Assembly (NCBI RefSeq): GCF_001194135.2
Contig: NC_068982.1
Location: 46,969,157 to 47,033,156, forward strand
Direction: 5' to 3'
Source: Octopus bimaculoides
Taxonomy: Eukaryota
DNA length: 64,000 nt
Below the pieces are notes generated by a model. It was not told the origin of the DNA, made no database searches, and saw only the letters and a list, made by a program, of their open reading frames with translations. The translations under genes and the position numbers were made by a program. Each line of letters starts with the position of its first letter. The first letter of the stretch is position 1. Shown piece after piece: positions 62,776 to 64,000 of this stretch.

Positions 62776-63296
62776 GGCATATGTATATATATATGCACAC
62801 ACACATGTGTATATGTATATATATATATATATAATTATAAATAAGGGCAAAAGAAAAAATTTTCTTTGCCACTATACTGAAAGAATTTTCAAATTTAATA
62901 ACTAACTTTTATTTACTGTTTTAGTAATAAATATATATATAAGCACTATACTGGTAAAATGGAGATAATTACAATTGATACATCTTTAAAAGATGTACCC
63001 ATGCCACCTAAGAAAGTTTATATGAAAGGACTAATATCAAAACCCAATGAATTCAATCACAGACTCAGATGGTGAAACAGCATCATTCAGTACGTTATAA
63101 TGAATCCATAAACATATATTTCCCTCTGAAGATATCATGCTCAAGACATATGAATTTAATATTTAATTAATTAACAGAGTATTAATTGAAACAGCTGTAG
63201 GGGTGATGATTGACTTGTTGTTAATAATAAACAATTATTAACATCCCAGTCTCCATTTTCTGTTTCTTCTTTTATATGAATATAAACTATATGGTT

Positions 63297-63378
<82 letters not shown>
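63297..63378. repeat. (TA)n microsatellite
   Basis: Directly visible. Confidence 0.95.
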
Positions 63379-63387
<9 letters not shown>

Positions 63388-64000
63388 TATTTTAAAGAAA
63401 TTAATTCCCCCAAAATATTAGGTATTGAATCAGTATTTCCTTGAACGACACCATCTCTTCATGAGGCTAACACAACCTCTAATCAAATATGTGTATATGT
63501 ATATATATATATCAAAAAATAAGCAACACGGATTTCAAAGGTGATTGCAGTACGCACGTTTCATGCTACTTCAATTTATTTAAGTAATGCGAGCATTACC
63601 TTAAATGCAATCTTCAGCTGCACGAAAATGCAGAAAAAATTACTGTAAAAAGACATATTATAAATGTGGCAACATTTCAAATCCAAGTGGGAGAGAGAAT
63701 ACATAAAAATCCAAATGTGAGAAAGAATACATAAGTCCATCTTGACATAGCCGAGTCTATCATGCTAGTAATTGATTCTAGACAAAAGTTTTAACTGTCT
63801 CAGGTTTTATTGTTTCTTATCTAGTGGTGATAGCAAAGGGACAATTACTTCTAAAGAGAGGGAAGGTGTAAGCAGTATTCATGGACAAGGCTATAAAATG
63901 TATTAGAATCTAAAGGTTTCACTGGTCATAGTAGTATCAGGTCATTTTACTACTATCAAAGTGTTGAATTAATTCCTCAACACGTTGATAGTAGTAAAAT

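Noticed and set aside
62990-63760. ATG-initiated MPPKKV segment and a CpG-containing stretch
   Set aside because: The frame closes within ~25 codons and no family could be recognised.

Overview
AT-rich animal genomic DNA from a draft assembly. It has 11 N-gaps, nearly all next to (TA)n, (CA)n or (CAT)n runs. The repeat families resemble octopod cephalopod ones (Octopus-like); that is inferred from recalled families, not from a search. I could not support any intact host gene, rRNA, tRNA gene or CRISPR array. Most ORF-track entries are artefacts of microsatellites or gaps. The window is a layered transposon graveyard containing: (1) three recurring SINE families I label A (internal microsatellite), B (Nin/Deu-like core) and C (tRNA head plus core with several alternative tails); (2) about 20 RTE-LINE 3' ends with (GAT)n tails; (3) a ~6 kb fossil R4/Dong-like LINE carrying nested insertions, including a complete-looking non-autonomous Helitron; (4) L1/Tx1-like fragments; (5) Tc1/mariner remnants (DD37D maT, Tc3-like DD34E, DD34D), a hAT transposase remnant, four hAT MITEs with 8-bp TSDs, and piggyBac- and Tigger-like pieces; (6) several hairpin or foldback elements. 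The most interesting signals read directly from the sequence are: a repeated AATAAT/AATATT target-site signature for SINE-B, including an inverted self-insertion; young RTE tails embedded in (TA)n; modular tail swapping in SINE-C; a decayed hammerhead-like motif; a perfect 39-bp hairpin with a partial homologue 14 kb away; and a 24-bp repeat that reads as an 8-residue peptide repeat. I see no convincing evidence of a new enzyme-encoding system. Coordinates for decayed repeats are approximate.
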